DNA of 64,000 bases from positions 4,412 to 68,411 of the forward strand of contig URIR01000005.1 in NCBI GenBank assembly GCA_900547955.1, read 5' to 3'. The notes below the pieces were generated by a model, which saw only the letters and a list, made by a program, of their open reading frames with translations, was not told the origin of the DNA and did no database searches. Below are positions 18,727-28,725 of this stretch, in pieces. The translations under genes and the position numbers were made by a program. Source of the DNA: an uncultured Eubacteriales bacterium. GTDB taxonomy: Bacteria > Bacillota > Clostridia > Christensenellales > QALW01. Each line of letters begins with the position of its first letter. Positions within the stretch are counted from its first letter, which is position 1.

Positions 18727-18742
18727 AATATACTGTCAATAA

Positions 18743-18783
18743 AGGCGCGGTTTTATATCCTGGATATAAGCCGCGCTTTTTAT
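18743..18783 (+). terminator. Rho-independent terminator after spo0A
   Basis: GGCGCGGTTTTATATCC-tg-GGATATAAGCCGCGC followed by TTTTT. Confidence 0.6.
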
Positions 18784-19186
18784 TATGCCGTCATCAGGAG
18801 ACGTGAAAAGGGCTGTTTTGCCGGGAGAAGCGGCGGAAAGCTTAAGCCGGGCGGCGCGGACGCTACATGCTTTTGTATGTAAGCGGCGTTCGTCGGGAGA
18901 GGCCTTAGGCTGAACGGCGCGGTTGGGAACGGGCGTTGTGGCATATTGAAAAACGGGTATTTCCGTATGTAATCAGTTTTGGCAAGCGGCCTGTCAGGCC
19001 GGACGGCGCGGGCGAAAATTCATGCCTTTAAAGGGCCGCGCCCCTTTTATTTATTCGGATGATTTAAAAATAGAATTTCCGCTTTATTTTTTCATTTATC
19101 TTTGCTATAATAAAAAGGACGTGTGTTATACGCCAAAATACAAGCACGGTAGTATGGTTTGTGCTTCCGGGAAAACGGAGGAAAAA

Positions 19187-20485
19187 ATGAATATTTACAA
19201 TCCGCAGATTGAATGTATGGACAGAGAGCAGATGCGCGCTCTTCAGCTTGAACGGCTTAAAAAGACCGTTAAGTATACATACGACAACGTGGAGCATTAC
19301 AAAAAGAAGCTGGACGGCGCGGGAGTTAAGCCGGAGGATATACGCTCATTAGAGGATATACGCTATATTCCCTTTTCAACTAAGGTGGATATGCGGGATA
19401 ATTATCCTTTCGGCCTGCTTGCGCGGCCTCTTAAGGAAATGGTGCGCGTGCATGCCTCAAGCGGCACAACGGGCAAGCCTACGGTGGTAGCCTATACTAA
19501 AAACGATTTGGAAATGTGGGCTGAATGCATTGCCCGTCTGGCCGCCGCCGCGGGCGCTACGGACGAGGACGTGGCTCAGATAACCTTTGGATATACTCTC
19601 TTTACCGGCGCCTTCGGCCTGCATTACGGCCTGGAAAAGCTGGGCGCGACGGTTATCCCAATTTCCAGCGGCAATACCGAGCGCCAGATTATGATAATGA
19701 AGGATTTCGGCAGCACGCTGCTGGTGGGCACGCCTTCATACGCGCTTTATCTGGCCGAGACTGCTGAAAGACTGGGAGTGGGCAGGGACGAGCTTAAGCT
19801 GCGGCTGGGCATGTTCGGCGGAGAGGGCATAACCGAGGCTATGCGCAGCGAGATTGAGAGCCGCCTGGGTATTTCAGCCACTCAGAATTACGGCCTTTCA
19901 GAAATTGTAGGGCCGGGCGTTTCTGGCGAATGCGAATGCAAATGCGGCCAGCATATTAATGAAGACTGCTTTTATCCCGAAATAATCAATCCTCAGACGG
20001 GCGAGACGCTTCCTATAGGCGAGACGGGCGAATTGGTGCTGACCACCATAAATAAAGAAGGGCTGCCCATGCTGAGATACCGTACTAAGGATATTACATA
20101 TCTGATAGAAGAAAAATGCGCGTGCGGCCGCACTACTCTGCGCCATGCCAGCATACAGGGCCGCAGCGACGATATGCTTATAATTCGGGGAGTAAACGTA
20201 TTCCCCTCCCAGATAGAAGAGGTACTGCTCTCGGTTAAGGAGATAGGGCCTCATTATGAAATCATAGTGCGCCGGGACAATTATCTTGACACTATAGAAA
20301 TCCTTGTGGAGCCGTTGGACGAAACCATGCTGGAATCCTTTTCCCGGCTGGAATCCTTGCAGAACAGCATCCGCGCCAAGCTGCGAGTAATATTGCAGCT
20401 GGACGCTAAGGTGCGCCTGGTTGAGCCGCATACCCTCAAGCGCTTTGAGGGCAAGGGCAAGCATGTTACCGATATGCGTAAATAA
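19187..20485 (+). CDS. paaK: Phenylacetate-CoA ligase family (aryl-acetate-CoA ligase), copy 1
   Basis: MRDNYPFGLLARP...VHASSGTTGKPTVVAYT..D...W. Start trimmed to the ATG at 19187. Confidence 0.85.
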   Translation: MNIYNPQIECMDREQMRALQLERLKKTVKYTYDNVEHYKKKLDGAGVKPEDIRSLEDIRYIPFSTKVDMRDNYPFGLLARPLKEMVRVHASSGTTGKPTVVAYTKNDLEMWAECIARLAAAAGATDEDVAQITFGYTLFTGAFGLHYGLEKLGATVIPISSGNTERQIMIMKDFGSTLLVGTPSYALYLAETAERLGVGRDELKLRLGMFGGEGITEAMRSEIESRLGISATQNYGLSEIVGPGVSGECECKCGQHINEDCFYPEIINPQTGETLPIGETGELVLTTINKEGLPMLRYRTKDITYLIEEKCACGRTTLRHASIQGRSDDMLIIRGVNVFPSQIEEVLLSVKEIGPHYEIIVRRDNYLDTIEILVEPLDETMLESFSRLESLQNSIRAKLRVILQLDAKVRLVEPHTLKRFEGKGKHVTDMRK

Positions 20486-20530
20486 TTATCTTATTCAGGC
20501 CGTAGATATTACGGCGGAAAGGCTGTAAAT

Positions 20531-22252
20531 ATGAAAAGACTTATGATAGGAAACGAGGCGGTTGCGGCCGGAGCGCTGGACGCGGGCGTAAGGCTGATAT
20601 CCTCCTATCCCGGTACGCCCAGTACTGAAATAACCGAATTTGCCGCTAAGAGCAGGGAGCTTCATGTTGAATGGGCGCCTAATGAAAAGGTGGCGGCCGA
20701 AACTGCCATAGGCGCAGCCATAGGCGGCGCGAGGGCGCTTTGCGCTATGAAGCATGTGGGGCTGAACGTTGCGGCGGACCCCCTTTATACAGCGGCCTAT
20801 ACCGGAGTGCGCGGGGGCATGGTGGCCGTGGTGGCTGACGACCCGGGCATGCACAGCTCGCAGAACGAGCAGGACAGCCGCTGCCATGCCATAGGCGCTC
20901 ATATTCCCATGCTGGAGCCGGCTGATTCTCAGGAATGCTATGATTATACGCGCCTGGCCTTTGAAATAAGCGAGCGCTTCGACACTCCCGTTATTATCAG
21001 GCTGACTACCCGCATTGCGCACAGCCAGAGCCTGGTGGAGACGCGCGGGGCTGAAAAGCCCGAAATAATAAAATATGAAAAGCAGACGGATAAATACGTT
21101 ATGATGCCCGTGCAGGCCAAAGCGCGGCATATTGCCGTAGAAAAGCGGGATAAGGAGCTGGCGCAGAGCGAAAACCGCTTCAATCTGGACAGACAGGAGC
21201 TTTCGGGCAAATTAGGCGTAATTTGCTCGGGCGCGGTTTACGATTATGTTAAGGAAGCGCTGCCTGAGGCCAGCATATTGAAAATAGGCATGGTCAATCC
21301 TCTGTGCGATGGGGAGATAAAGGATTTTGCCGGTCGGGTGGAAAGGCTGATAGTCGCCGAGGAGCTTGAGCCGGTTATAGAAAATAAGGTTCGGGCTTTA
21401 GGTCTTGAATGTCAGGGCAAGGATATTTTTACTCTTCAGGGAGAGTATTCGGCCAACCTTATCCGGGAACGGGTTTTAGGGCAAAAGCCTGAATTTCAGA
21501 CGCCCGTTAAGCTGCCCGCGCGGCCCCCGGTGCTATGTCCGGGCTGCCCGCATCGTTCGGTATTTTATGTGCTCAGGCAGATGAAGCTGACGGTCTGCGG
21601 AGATATAGGCTGCTATACCCTGGGAGCCAACGCGCCTTTGAGTGCTATAGATACCTGCGTATGCATGGGCGCCTCTATCGGCGTGGCGCATGGCTTTGAC
21701 CGCTCCGGAGCGGTAGACCCTGCTCGCACGGTAGCGGTTATCGGGGATTCTACCTTTATTCATTCAGGCATTACCGGCCTTATAAACGTTGTATATAATA
21801 AAGGCACGTCTACCGTTATAATTCTGGATAATTCAATAACGGGCATGACGGGCCATCAGCAGAATCCCGCCACCGGCAAGGACGTCCGCGGGGATGCGGC
21901 GCCCAAATTAGATTTATATAAGCTGTGCGAGGCGGTGGGAGTAGAGGATATTAAGGTTATAGACGCGAGAGATATGAACGCCTTAAAGGAGGGCATTAAG
22001 GATTCGTTATCCCGGCGGGAGCCTTCGGTTATAATAGCGCAGTGGCCCTGCGCGCTCCTTTCAAAGGAGAAAAAGCAGCCATATATTGTGAATGAAAAAT
22101 GCATAGGCTGTAAAAAATGCATGGGCATAGGCTGCCCCGCCGTGCGGTTTAAGGACGGGCACGCGGAAATTGACCGTTCCCTATGCGTGGGCTGCGGGCA
22201 GTGCGCGCTGGTTTGCCCTGTTAAGGCTATAGTGCCGGGAGGTAATGAATAA
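20531..22252 (+). CDS. iorA: Indolepyruvate:ferredoxin oxidoreductase alpha subunit
   Basis: GNEAVAAGALDAGVRLISSYPGTPSTEI, a TPP motif region, and two C-terminal 4Fe-4S CxxCxxCxxxCP motifs. Confidence 0.9.
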   Translation: MKRLMIGNEAVAAGALDAGVRLISSYPGTPSTEITEFAAKSRELHVEWAPNEKVAAETAIGAAIGGARALCAMKHVGLNVAADPLYTAAYTGVRGGMVAVVADDPGMHSSQNEQDSRCHAIGAHIPMLEPADSQECYDYTRLAFEISERFDTPVIIRLTTRIAHSQSLVETRGAEKPEIIKYEKQTDKYVMMPVQAKARHIAVEKRDKELAQSENRFNLDRQELSGKLGVICSGAVYDYVKEALPEASILKIGMVNPLCDGEIKDFAGRVERLIVAEELEPVIENKVRALGLECQGKDIFTLQGEYSANLIRERVLGQKPEFQTPVKLPARPPVLCPGCPHRSVFYVLRQMKLTVCGDIGCYTLGANAPLSAIDTCVCMGASIGVAHGFDRSGAVDPARTVAVIGDSTFIHSGITGLINVVYNKGTSTVIILDNSITGMTGHQQNPATGKDVRGDAAPKLDLYKLCEAVGVEDIKVIDARDMNALKEGIKDSLSRREPSVIIAQWPCALLSKEKKQPYIVNEKCIGCKKCMGIGCPAVRFKDGHAEIDRSLCVGCGQCALVCPVKAIVPGGNE

Positions 22253-22824
22253 TGGATATAGTAATAATTGGCGTAGGCGGCCAGGGCACCCTGCTTGCCA
22301 GCCGCGTGCTTGGAGCTATGGCTATTTCGGACGGCTTGGACGTTAAGGTAAGCGAGGTGCACGGTATGTCCCAGCGCGGCGGCAGCGTGGTAACGTACGT
22401 ACGTTCGGGCAAAAAGGTGGAGTCTCCCATAATTGAATACGGCCAGGCGGATATAGTTCTGGCCTTTGAGCAGCTTGAGGCATATAGGGCGCTGCCTTAT
22501 CTTAAAAAGGGCGGCCGGGTAATAACCAGTACTCAAACCGTTATGCCCATGCCCGTTATAACGGGAGCGGCGGAGTATCCGGAAAACATTCTGGAGTCGT
22601 TTAAGAAAAACGGCACAGCCTTTATTGCTGTAGACGCGCTGGAATTGGCTGAAAAGGCGGGAAGCTCCAAATGCGCCAATACGGTTATGCTGGGCGCGCT
22701 TTGCCGCATCCTTAATGAACCTGAAGGCAAAATGCTGGATATAGTCAGCGGGCTGGTGCCTCCTAAAACTGTAGAAATGAATAAATTGTCATTTAAGCTG
22801 GGCTATGAGAGGGGAGAGGCTTAA
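22252..22824 (+). CDS. iorB: Indolepyruvate:ferredoxin oxidoreductase beta subunit
   Basis: IIGVGGQGTLLASRVLG...EVHGMSQRGGSV. The ATG overlaps the iorA stop codon. Confidence 0.9.
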   Translation: MDIVIIGVGGQGTLLASRVLGAMAISDGLDVKVSEVHGMSQRGGSVVTYVRSGKKVESPIIEYGQADIVLAFEQLEAYRALPYLKKGGRVITSTQTVMPMPVITGAAEYPENILESFKKNGTAFIAVDALELAEKAGSSKCANTVMLGALCRILNEPEGKMLDIVSGLVPPKTVEMNKLSFKLGYERGEA

Positions 22825-22826
22825 AT

Positions 22827-24125
22827 ATGATATGGAATAAGGAAAAAGAATGCATCAATAGGGAAGAGCTGAGCGCGCTGCAAAGCCAAAGGCTTAAGCA
22901 GGTGGTGAGCAGGGTTTATAATAACGTGCCTGTTTACCGCGAAAAAATGCAGCAGGCGGGCGTTTCGCCCGAGGATATCAGGTCGGTGGATGATTTAGTC
23001 CGCCTTCCCTTTACCAATAAATCGGATATACGGGATAACTATCCATACGGCCTGTTTGCTTCGCCCATGGAGGATATCGCGCGTATACAAGGATCCAGCG
23101 GCACGACGGGCAAGCTGACTATAGTAGGCTATACGCGGCATGATTTGGACGTTTGGGCTGAAGTAGCTGCGCGCAGCCTGACCTGTGCGGGAGTAAACAG
23201 AAAATCCATAGTTCAGGTTTCCTACGGCTACGGCCTGTTTACGGGCGGGCTGGGCGCTCATGGAGGCGCGGAGCTTATAGGCGCGACGGTTATTCCCATG
23301 TCGGCCGGCAACACCGAGCGGCAGGTAACAGTTTTGAGAGATTTAAAGGCTACCGCTTTAGCCTGTACTCCCTCCTATGCCCTGCATATAGCCGATACAA
23401 TGGATAAAATGGGAGTTAAAAAAGAGGAATTGAGCCTTAAGGCGGGCGTTTTTGGGGCCGAGCCGTGGACTGCGGCCATGCGCGGGGAAATAGAGAACCG
23501 CCTGGGCATTACCTGCTATGATATTTACGGCCTGGCCGAGATTATAGGGCCGGGCGTGGCCATTGAATGCGGCGAGCATAACGGCCTGCATATCTTTGAG
23601 GACCACTTTATAGCCGAGATAATAGACCCGAAGACTCTTCAACCTGTTCCCGACGGCGAGCCGGGCGAATTGGTGTTCACCACAATCACAAAAGAGGGTA
23701 TGCCTTTAATTCGCTACCGTACCCGCGATTTGACCCGCATTATTCCCGAGAGCTGCCCCTGCGGACGCACTCACAGGCGCATGGAGAAGATTTTGGGCCG
23801 CAGCGACGATATGATAGTTATAAGAGGAGTTAATGTATTCCCTACTCAGATAGAAACCATTCTGATAGAGATGGGGGATTTGGAGCCCCATTACCTGCTG
23901 GTTGTGGACAGGGATAATAATATGGACAACCTCGAGGTTTGGGTAGAAATGAGCAGGCATCTCTTCTCGGACGAGGTAAAGGTTATAGAACAGGCTGAGC
24001 GCAGGCTTAAGGAGCGCATACACGCTATTCTGGGCATAAGCGCAAGAGTTAAATTAGTCGAACCCGGCACTATTCCCCGGAGCGAGGGCAAAGCAAAAAG
24101 GATACAGGATAACCGGAAGAAGTAG
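22827..24125 (+). CDS. paaK: Phenylacetate-CoA ligase family, copy 2
   Basis: IRDNYPYGLFASP...IQGSSGTTGKLTIVGYT. A paralogue of 19187..20485. Confidence 0.85.
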   Translation: MIWNKEKECINREELSALQSQRLKQVVSRVYNNVPVYREKMQQAGVSPEDIRSVDDLVRLPFTNKSDIRDNYPYGLFASPMEDIARIQGSSGTTGKLTIVGYTRHDLDVWAEVAARSLTCAGVNRKSIVQVSYGYGLFTGGLGAHGGAELIGATVIPMSAGNTERQVTVLRDLKATALACTPSYALHIADTMDKMGVKKEELSLKAGVFGAEPWTAAMRGEIENRLGITCYDIYGLAEIIGPGVAIECGEHNGLHIFEDHFIAEIIDPKTLQPVPDGEPGELVFTTITKEGMPLIRYRTRDLTRIIPESCPCGRTHRRMEKILGRSDDMIVIRGVNVFPTQIETILIEMGDLEPHYLLVVDRDNNMDNLEVWVEMSRHLFSDEVKVIEQAERRLKERIHAILGISARVKLVEPGTIPRSEGKAKRIQDNRKK

Positions 24126-24170
24126 AGAATTTTAAAATTAGAGCATATAAATATACAAGGAGGCCGCGGT

Positions 24171-24602
24171 ATGTTTATCAAGCAGATTTCAGTCTTTATG
24201 GAGAATAAAAAGGGCAGGCTGGAGAGCCTGACTAAGGCGCTGGCGGGCAATAATATAGATTTAGTGGCGCTTTCCATAGCCGATACGGCCGATTACGGCA
24301 TCATGCGGGCGATAGTAAATAATACTCAAAAGGCTCTGGAGGTGCTTAAGGAATCGGGCTTTATGGCCAGCGTTACCGAGGTGCTGGCTGTGGAGGTGCC
24401 CGACGAGCCGGGCGGGCTGGCCGGAGTGCTGGAGCTTTTTAATAAGGAGGATATTTCAGTAGAGTATCTTTATTCCTTTGTGCGCGTCAAGAGTGAAAAA
24501 GCGCTTATTCTCTTCAAGGTAAGCGACAGCTTAAGAGCCATAGAGGTGCTTACTAATGCCGGGGTGGGTCTGCTCACTCAGGAGCAGGTAAATAATCTGT
24601 AA
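24171..24602 (+). CDS. ACT-domain protein
   Basis: Two ACT-like halves (ISVFMENKKGRLESLTKALAGNNIDLVALSIAD...). This is the usual partner gene of iorAB-paaK clusters. Confidence 0.7.
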   Translation: MFIKQISVFMENKKGRLESLTKALAGNNIDLVALSIADTADYGIMRAIVNNTQKALEVLKESGFMASVTEVLAVEVPDEPGGLAGVLELFNKEDISVEYLYSFVRVKSEKALILFKVSDSLRAIEVLTNAGVGLLTQEQVNNL

Positions 24603-24674
24603 TGGAGATTTAACGGCGTCAGAGCGGTTCGGGCGGGTGAGTAATCAAGCCGGGCTGCCGGGAAGAAGGATTAT

Positions 24675-25820
24675 ATGAGGCCTACAGCGGCTTATGTTGA
24701 TTTAGATAAGCTTGTACATAACTATAATGAGATAAAGCGCCATGTGGGAGATAAAACCATGATAATGGCCATGGTTAAAGCCGATGCTTATGGGCATGGG
24801 CTTTTGCCTGTTTCGCTGACGCTCGCTCAGGCGGGCGCAGATTACCTGGGCGTGGCTATGGTTGAAGAAGGAGCTCGTTTGCGCGAGGCGGGCGTAAGGC
24901 TGCCCATACTCTGCGTGGGCGCTTCCTTTAAAAGCAGCCTGGAGCAGGGGATAAAAGAGGATATAATCTTTACGCTGTATGAGGAGAGCCAGCTATATGA
25001 TATGCAGCTGGCCGCCAAAAGCGTTGGCAAAAAGGCGCGCGTGCATATAAAGCTGGAGACGGGCATGAACAGGCTGGGCGCGCATGCGGACGGAGAACTG
25101 CTTGGGCTTGCGCGCGCGTTAAAGAGATGCGATATGATTCAGGCGGAGGGGGTATTTACTCATTTTGCCGCCAGCGACAGCGCAGATAAGACATTTACAT
25201 ATGAACAAGCCAGCATATTCAGCCGCGGACGGGAAATTCTGGCCAATGAGGGCCTGGACGGGCTTATAGCTCACGCCGCGTGCAGCGGAGGGGTCTTAGA
25301 CTGTCCCGATTTATATTACGATATGGTGCGGCCGGGCATAGCGCTATATGGCTATCATCCCTCGGCCGAGGTTAAGAATAAATTGGCTTTGGAACCTGTA
25401 ATGCGCCTTGAAAGCCGTTTGAGCCAGGTTAAGGAGATTAAGGCGGGCGAGAGCGTGGGTTATGGACGCGCATTCACAGCGCACAGGGATATGCGCATAG
25501 GCGTGGTGCCTATAGGCTATGGGGACGGCTACCGCCGCGCGCTTAGCAATAAGGGCGTCGTTCTTATAAAAGGCTGCCGCGCGGGCATTCTGGGACGGGT
25601 ATGCATGGACCAGATGATGGTGGACGTAACAGATATTCCTGCCGAATCGGGCGAATTGGTAACTCTTCTTGGGCGGAACGGCGGAGAAAAGTTCGATGCG
25701 GAGGATATGGCCGCGCTTTGCGGCACCATAAGCTATGAGATAACCCTGGGCTTTACGGCGCGGGTGCCTAAAATATATTACGGCGGGGCGTATGATAAGC
25801 TTGACAAGAGAGGATTATAA
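24675..25820 (+). CDS. alr: Alanine racemase
   Basis: PLP-lysine motif MVKADAYGHG and the later ...VGYG......VPIGYGDGY motif. Confidence 0.9.
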   Translation: MRPTAAYVDLDKLVHNYNEIKRHVGDKTMIMAMVKADAYGHGLLPVSLTLAQAGADYLGVAMVEEGARLREAGVRLPILCVGASFKSSLEQGIKEDIIFTLYEESQLYDMQLAAKSVGKKARVHIKLETGMNRLGAHADGELLGLARALKRCDMIQAEGVFTHFAASDSADKTFTYEQASIFSRGREILANEGLDGLIAHAACSGGVLDCPDLYYDMVRPGIALYGYHPSAEVKNKLALEPVMRLESRLSQVKEIKAGESVGYGRAFTAHRDMRIGVVPIGYGDGYRRALSNKGVVLIKGCRAGILGRVCMDQMMVDVTDIPAESGELVTLLGRNGGEKFDAEDMAALCGTISYEITLGFTARVPKIYYGGAYDKLDKRGL

Positions 25821-26355
25821 AAAAACGCGGGCGGCGCTGCCGTTTAAAAAGCGGGAAGCCTTTTCAAAAATCGTATGTCATGCTATAATAAACAGCAGAG
25901 AATATAATGAAGCTGAAAGGGTTATGGCGTATTGGGCCATATCAAGCGAATTGTCCCTGAAGCCTCTTATAGAGCATGCCCTTAAAAGCGGACGGGAATT
26001 ATATTTGCCCGTATGCGCCTCTGACGGGAGCATGGAGGGCGCGCGCTTTAAGGAGGGGGACGAGCTTTTGGCCGGAGCGTGCCGCGTTCCCGAGCCGGCC
26101 GGAGAGTTCATTCCTCCCCAAAGGCTGGAGCTTATAATTGTTCCCATGCTGGCTTTTAACGCCGGCTGCTTCAGAACTGGCTGGGGCAGGGGGTATTATG
26201 ACCGTTATCTTGTCCGCACGGGCGCTTTTCGTTTGGGCGCGGCTTTTGAATGCCAGTACGACGGACGGATGGAGGTTAAGCCTTCTGACGCGCCCCTGGA
26301 TAAAATTATAACCGAAACTCATATCTGGACGCCGTGCGCGCATGAAAGGTACTAA
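25792..26355 (+). CDS. 5-formyltetrahydrofolate cyclo-ligase family protein
   Basis: ...LYLPV... and GWGRGYYDRYL motifs. Overlaps the alr end by 29 nt. Confidence 0.7.
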   Translation: MISLTREDYKKTRAALPFKKREAFSKIVCHAIINSREYNEAERVMAYWAISSELSLKPLIEHALKSGRELYLPVCASDGSMEGARFKEGDELLAGACRVPEPAGEFIPPQRLELIIVPMLAFNAGCFRTGWGRGYYDRYLVRTGAFRLGAAFECQYDGRMEVKPSDAPLDKIITETHIWTPCAHERY

Positions 26356-26357
26356 AA

Positions 26358-27254
26358 ATGATAAAGGATACTATTAAATTTTCGGTAAAGCTGTTTTTTG
26401 TTAATTTAGCCGTTTCGTTTTTGGGCATTATAACTCTTTCTCTGCTGCTTTCGGCGCAGGTGGGCTTTGCAATATGCGCCGTGGCTGGATTTATATTTAT
26501 TGGCTTTACTTTAGGGGTTGTTTGGGATAATTCTTCGCGCAAGGGCGCGGACGACTGCAAGGCCACGCTTAATTACTTAAAGCGGGGGGACGGCAATGCC
26601 CGTCCGTATGATTCCAAACGCTTTTTTACGGGTAAAGGCTTTATTTCGGGATTTTTTGCCATGCTGCCCTATATTGCGGTATGGGTGATTTATATGTGCG
26701 GCACCTTTCACGGCTGGGAAAAGGGAGTGCCTCTGGGAATACAGCTTCTATACTCGGTTCTGTATCTTTCGTTTATTCCGTATGCGCCGTTTTTAAGGCT
26801 TGCGACGGTAGCCGACCCCATAATATATCCTACCTTCTTTATGCCGCTGGGGGACGGAGCGGCTCAGTATTTTAAGCTTATGACGGCTAACAGCAACGTA
26901 ATGCCTTATATGTTTATTATCCCCATAGTGCTTTATATTGTTACGGCGGGCATCTGCTATATCCTGGGCAATAAGCAGCAGCAGAAATTGTATCCGGAGC
27001 ATACTATCAAGAAGTATTTTTCACATTCGGGGCAATTTAAGGACAATTCGGTTCAAGCTGATATTAATGCTGAGGACGCGCCCTGCGGCGGGCAAGCCGG
27101 CGCTAATGATGAGAAGGCTTTCTCAAACGGCGTTCATGAAACAAATGGAGAAGAGGCTTCTTTGGACGGCGGGCGCGGACAAGCCGGCGGTATGGAAAGT
27201 ATGTCCGGCAAAAACGGCGATGCTGAAATTACCCCGGACGGCGGAAAAGCATGA
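26358..27254 (+). CDS. Integral membrane protein of unknown function with low-complexity C-terminal tail
   Basis: Several hydrophobic segments and a Gly/Ala/Asp-rich tail. Its stop overlaps the rsmD start. Confidence 0.45.
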   Translation: MIKDTIKFSVKLFFVNLAVSFLGIITLSLLLSAQVGFAICAVAGFIFIGFTLGVVWDNSSRKGADDCKATLNYLKRGDGNARPYDSKRFFTGKGFISGFFAMLPYIAVWVIYMCGTFHGWEKGVPLGIQLLYSVLYLSFIPYAPFLRLATVADPIIYPTFFMPLGDGAAQYFKLMTANSNVMPYMFIIPIVLYIVTAGICYILGNKQQQKLYPEHTIKKYFSHSGQFKDNSVQADINAEDAPCGGQAGANDEKAFSNGVHETNGEEASLDGGRGQAGGMESMSGKNGDAEITPDGGKA

Positions 27255-27784
27255 ATATTTCAGGAGGACAGTGGCGCTCGCGCAGGCTTATATGCCCAGA
27301 GGGCAGGGATATCCGGCCTACGGCTCAAATGGTCAAGGAAGCGGTTTTCAATATGCTGCAGGCGAGGATATATAATTCAAGCGTGCTGGATATTTTTGCA
27401 GGTACGGGCCAAATTGGCCTGGAGGCGCTTTCCAGGGGCGCGGCGGAGGCTGTGTTTATCGATAAAAATACCGATGCGCTTTTAAAGAATATTTCCATGT
27501 TTAAAATTAGTCCGAGGATTATCAAAGGGGATTTTAAAAGCGCGCTTAGAACCTTGCAGTCGGAAGGGGCGGCCTTTGACATTATTTTTGCCGACCCTCC
27601 TTATGAAGGCGGTTATTATAAGGATATAATTGCTCAGGCGGGCCCTTTAATAAAAAAGGGCGGGGTGCTGGTGCTTGAGCATGACAGGCGGGAAGAGCTT
27701 CCGCCCTTAGACGGACAAAAAATAATAAAGCAGCGCAATTACGGGCGCCGGGCGGTAACCCTGCTTGCGTTTTTGGAGGATTGA
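27251..27784 (+). CDS. rsmD: 16S rRNA (guanine966-N2)-methyltransferase
   Basis: DIFAGTGQIGLEALSRGA ... IIFADPPY. Conserved rsmD-coaD order. Confidence 0.85.
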   Translation: MNISGGQWRSRRLICPEGRDIRPTAQMVKEAVFNMLQARIYNSSVLDIFAGTGQIGLEALSRGAAEAVFIDKNTDALLKNISMFKISPRIIKGDFKSALRTLQSEGAAFDIIFADPPYEGGYYKDIIAQAGPLIKKGGVLVLEHDRREELPPLDGQKIIKQRNYGRRAVTLLAFLED

Positions 27785-27786
27785 AT

Positions 27787-28269
27787 ATGAAGAGACTTGT
27801 ATATCCAGGCAGCTTTGACCCGGTTACTAACGGGCACTACGACCTCATAGAGCGGGCCAGCCGCATGACTGACGAATTGATAGTGGCTGTCCTGAATAAT
27901 CATAATAAGCGGCAGTTTTTCAGCGTACAGGAGAGAAAGGATATGCTCCGTCAGGTTACCGCAGGGCTGGATAACGTTATAATAGACAGCTCGGAGGAGC
28001 TTTTGGTAGACTATGTGCGTAATGTAAAAGCAGGCTTTATTCTGCGCGGGCTTAGGGCCGTATCTGATTTTGAATATGAATTGCAGTATGCTATGCTAAA
28101 TCAGCGTCTGGACAAAAATATAGAGGCGGTATATCTTATGACCAGTAGCGACAACAGCTTTTTAAGCTCGTCCATGGTTCGGGAAATAGGCAGCTTGGGC
28201 GGGGATATTTCCTCCATGGTGCCTGCCGTTATTCATGATTACGTCAAGCAGAGGCTTTTAAAAAAATAG
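27787..28269 (+). CDS. coaD: Pantetheine-phosphate adenylyltransferase
   Basis: YPGSFDPVTNGHYDLIERA ... ISSSMVREI. The ATG at 27787 is preferred over the TTG at 27781. Confidence 0.92.
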   Translation: MKRLVYPGSFDPVTNGHYDLIERASRMTDELIVAVLNNHNKRQFFSVQERKDMLRQVTAGLDNVIIDSSEELLVDYVRNVKAGFILRGLRAVSDFEYELQYAMLNQRLDKNIEAVYLMTSSDNSFLSSSMVREIGSLGGDISSMVPAVIHDYVKQRLLKK

Positions 28270-28284
28270 AGGAGGATTGGACAA

Positions 28285-28725
28285 ATGACGGTAAACGAAA
28301 TGCTGGATATGCTCTCTGAGGAATTAGAGGGGGCTAAAAAGGGGCTTTTTACATCAAAGCACCTAGTGGACGCCGATAAATGTCTGGACCTTTTAGACGA
28401 CATTAAGGATACCCTGCCTATTGAATTGGAAAGGGCGGCTAATATTATGAAGGAGCGCCGTCAGATATTGGTGGACGCTGAAAATGAAGCGCAGCAGTAT
28501 CTGGATGAGGCTCAGAAAAAGGCCTCGGAGCTGGTCAAGGAAACAGAAATTTATAGAAAGGCCGAGCAGGAGGCCGCTAATATCGTAACCAGCGCTAAAC
28601 AGAACGCTAAGGAAATACGTTTAGGCGCCAAGGCTTATGCCAAGGAATTGCTTCAGGAGCTGGAAAAATATCTGCTCAGGTATGCCGACCAGGTGAAGCA
28701 GTCCCGCGACCAGTTCGAGAAATAA
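28285..28725 (+). CDS. Coiled-coil protein of unknown function (ATP-synthase b/H-like heptads)
   Basis: 146 aa, Glu/Lys/Ala-rich heptad sequence, with RBS GAGGAGG. Confidence 0.45.
   Translation: MTVNEMLDMLSEELEGAKKGLFTSKHLVDADKCLDLLDDIKDTLPIELERAANIMKERRQILVDAENEAQQYLDEAQKKASELVKETEIYRKAEQEAANIVTSAKQNAKEIRLGAKAYAKELLQELEKYLLRYADQVKQSRDQFEK

Noticed and set aside
19022-19186. N-terminal extension of paaK. Similar ORF-track extensions occur at 7427-7489, 11084-11137, 13725-13778, 17817-17873, 38064-38105, 45650-45766, 50325-50333 and 53666-53749
   Set aside because: In each case a downstream start with a proper Shine-Dalgarno matches the conserved N-terminus of the family. The extensions cross promoters or MITE termini.
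20495-21130. 211-aa minus-strand ORF
   Set aside because: It is antisense to iorA.
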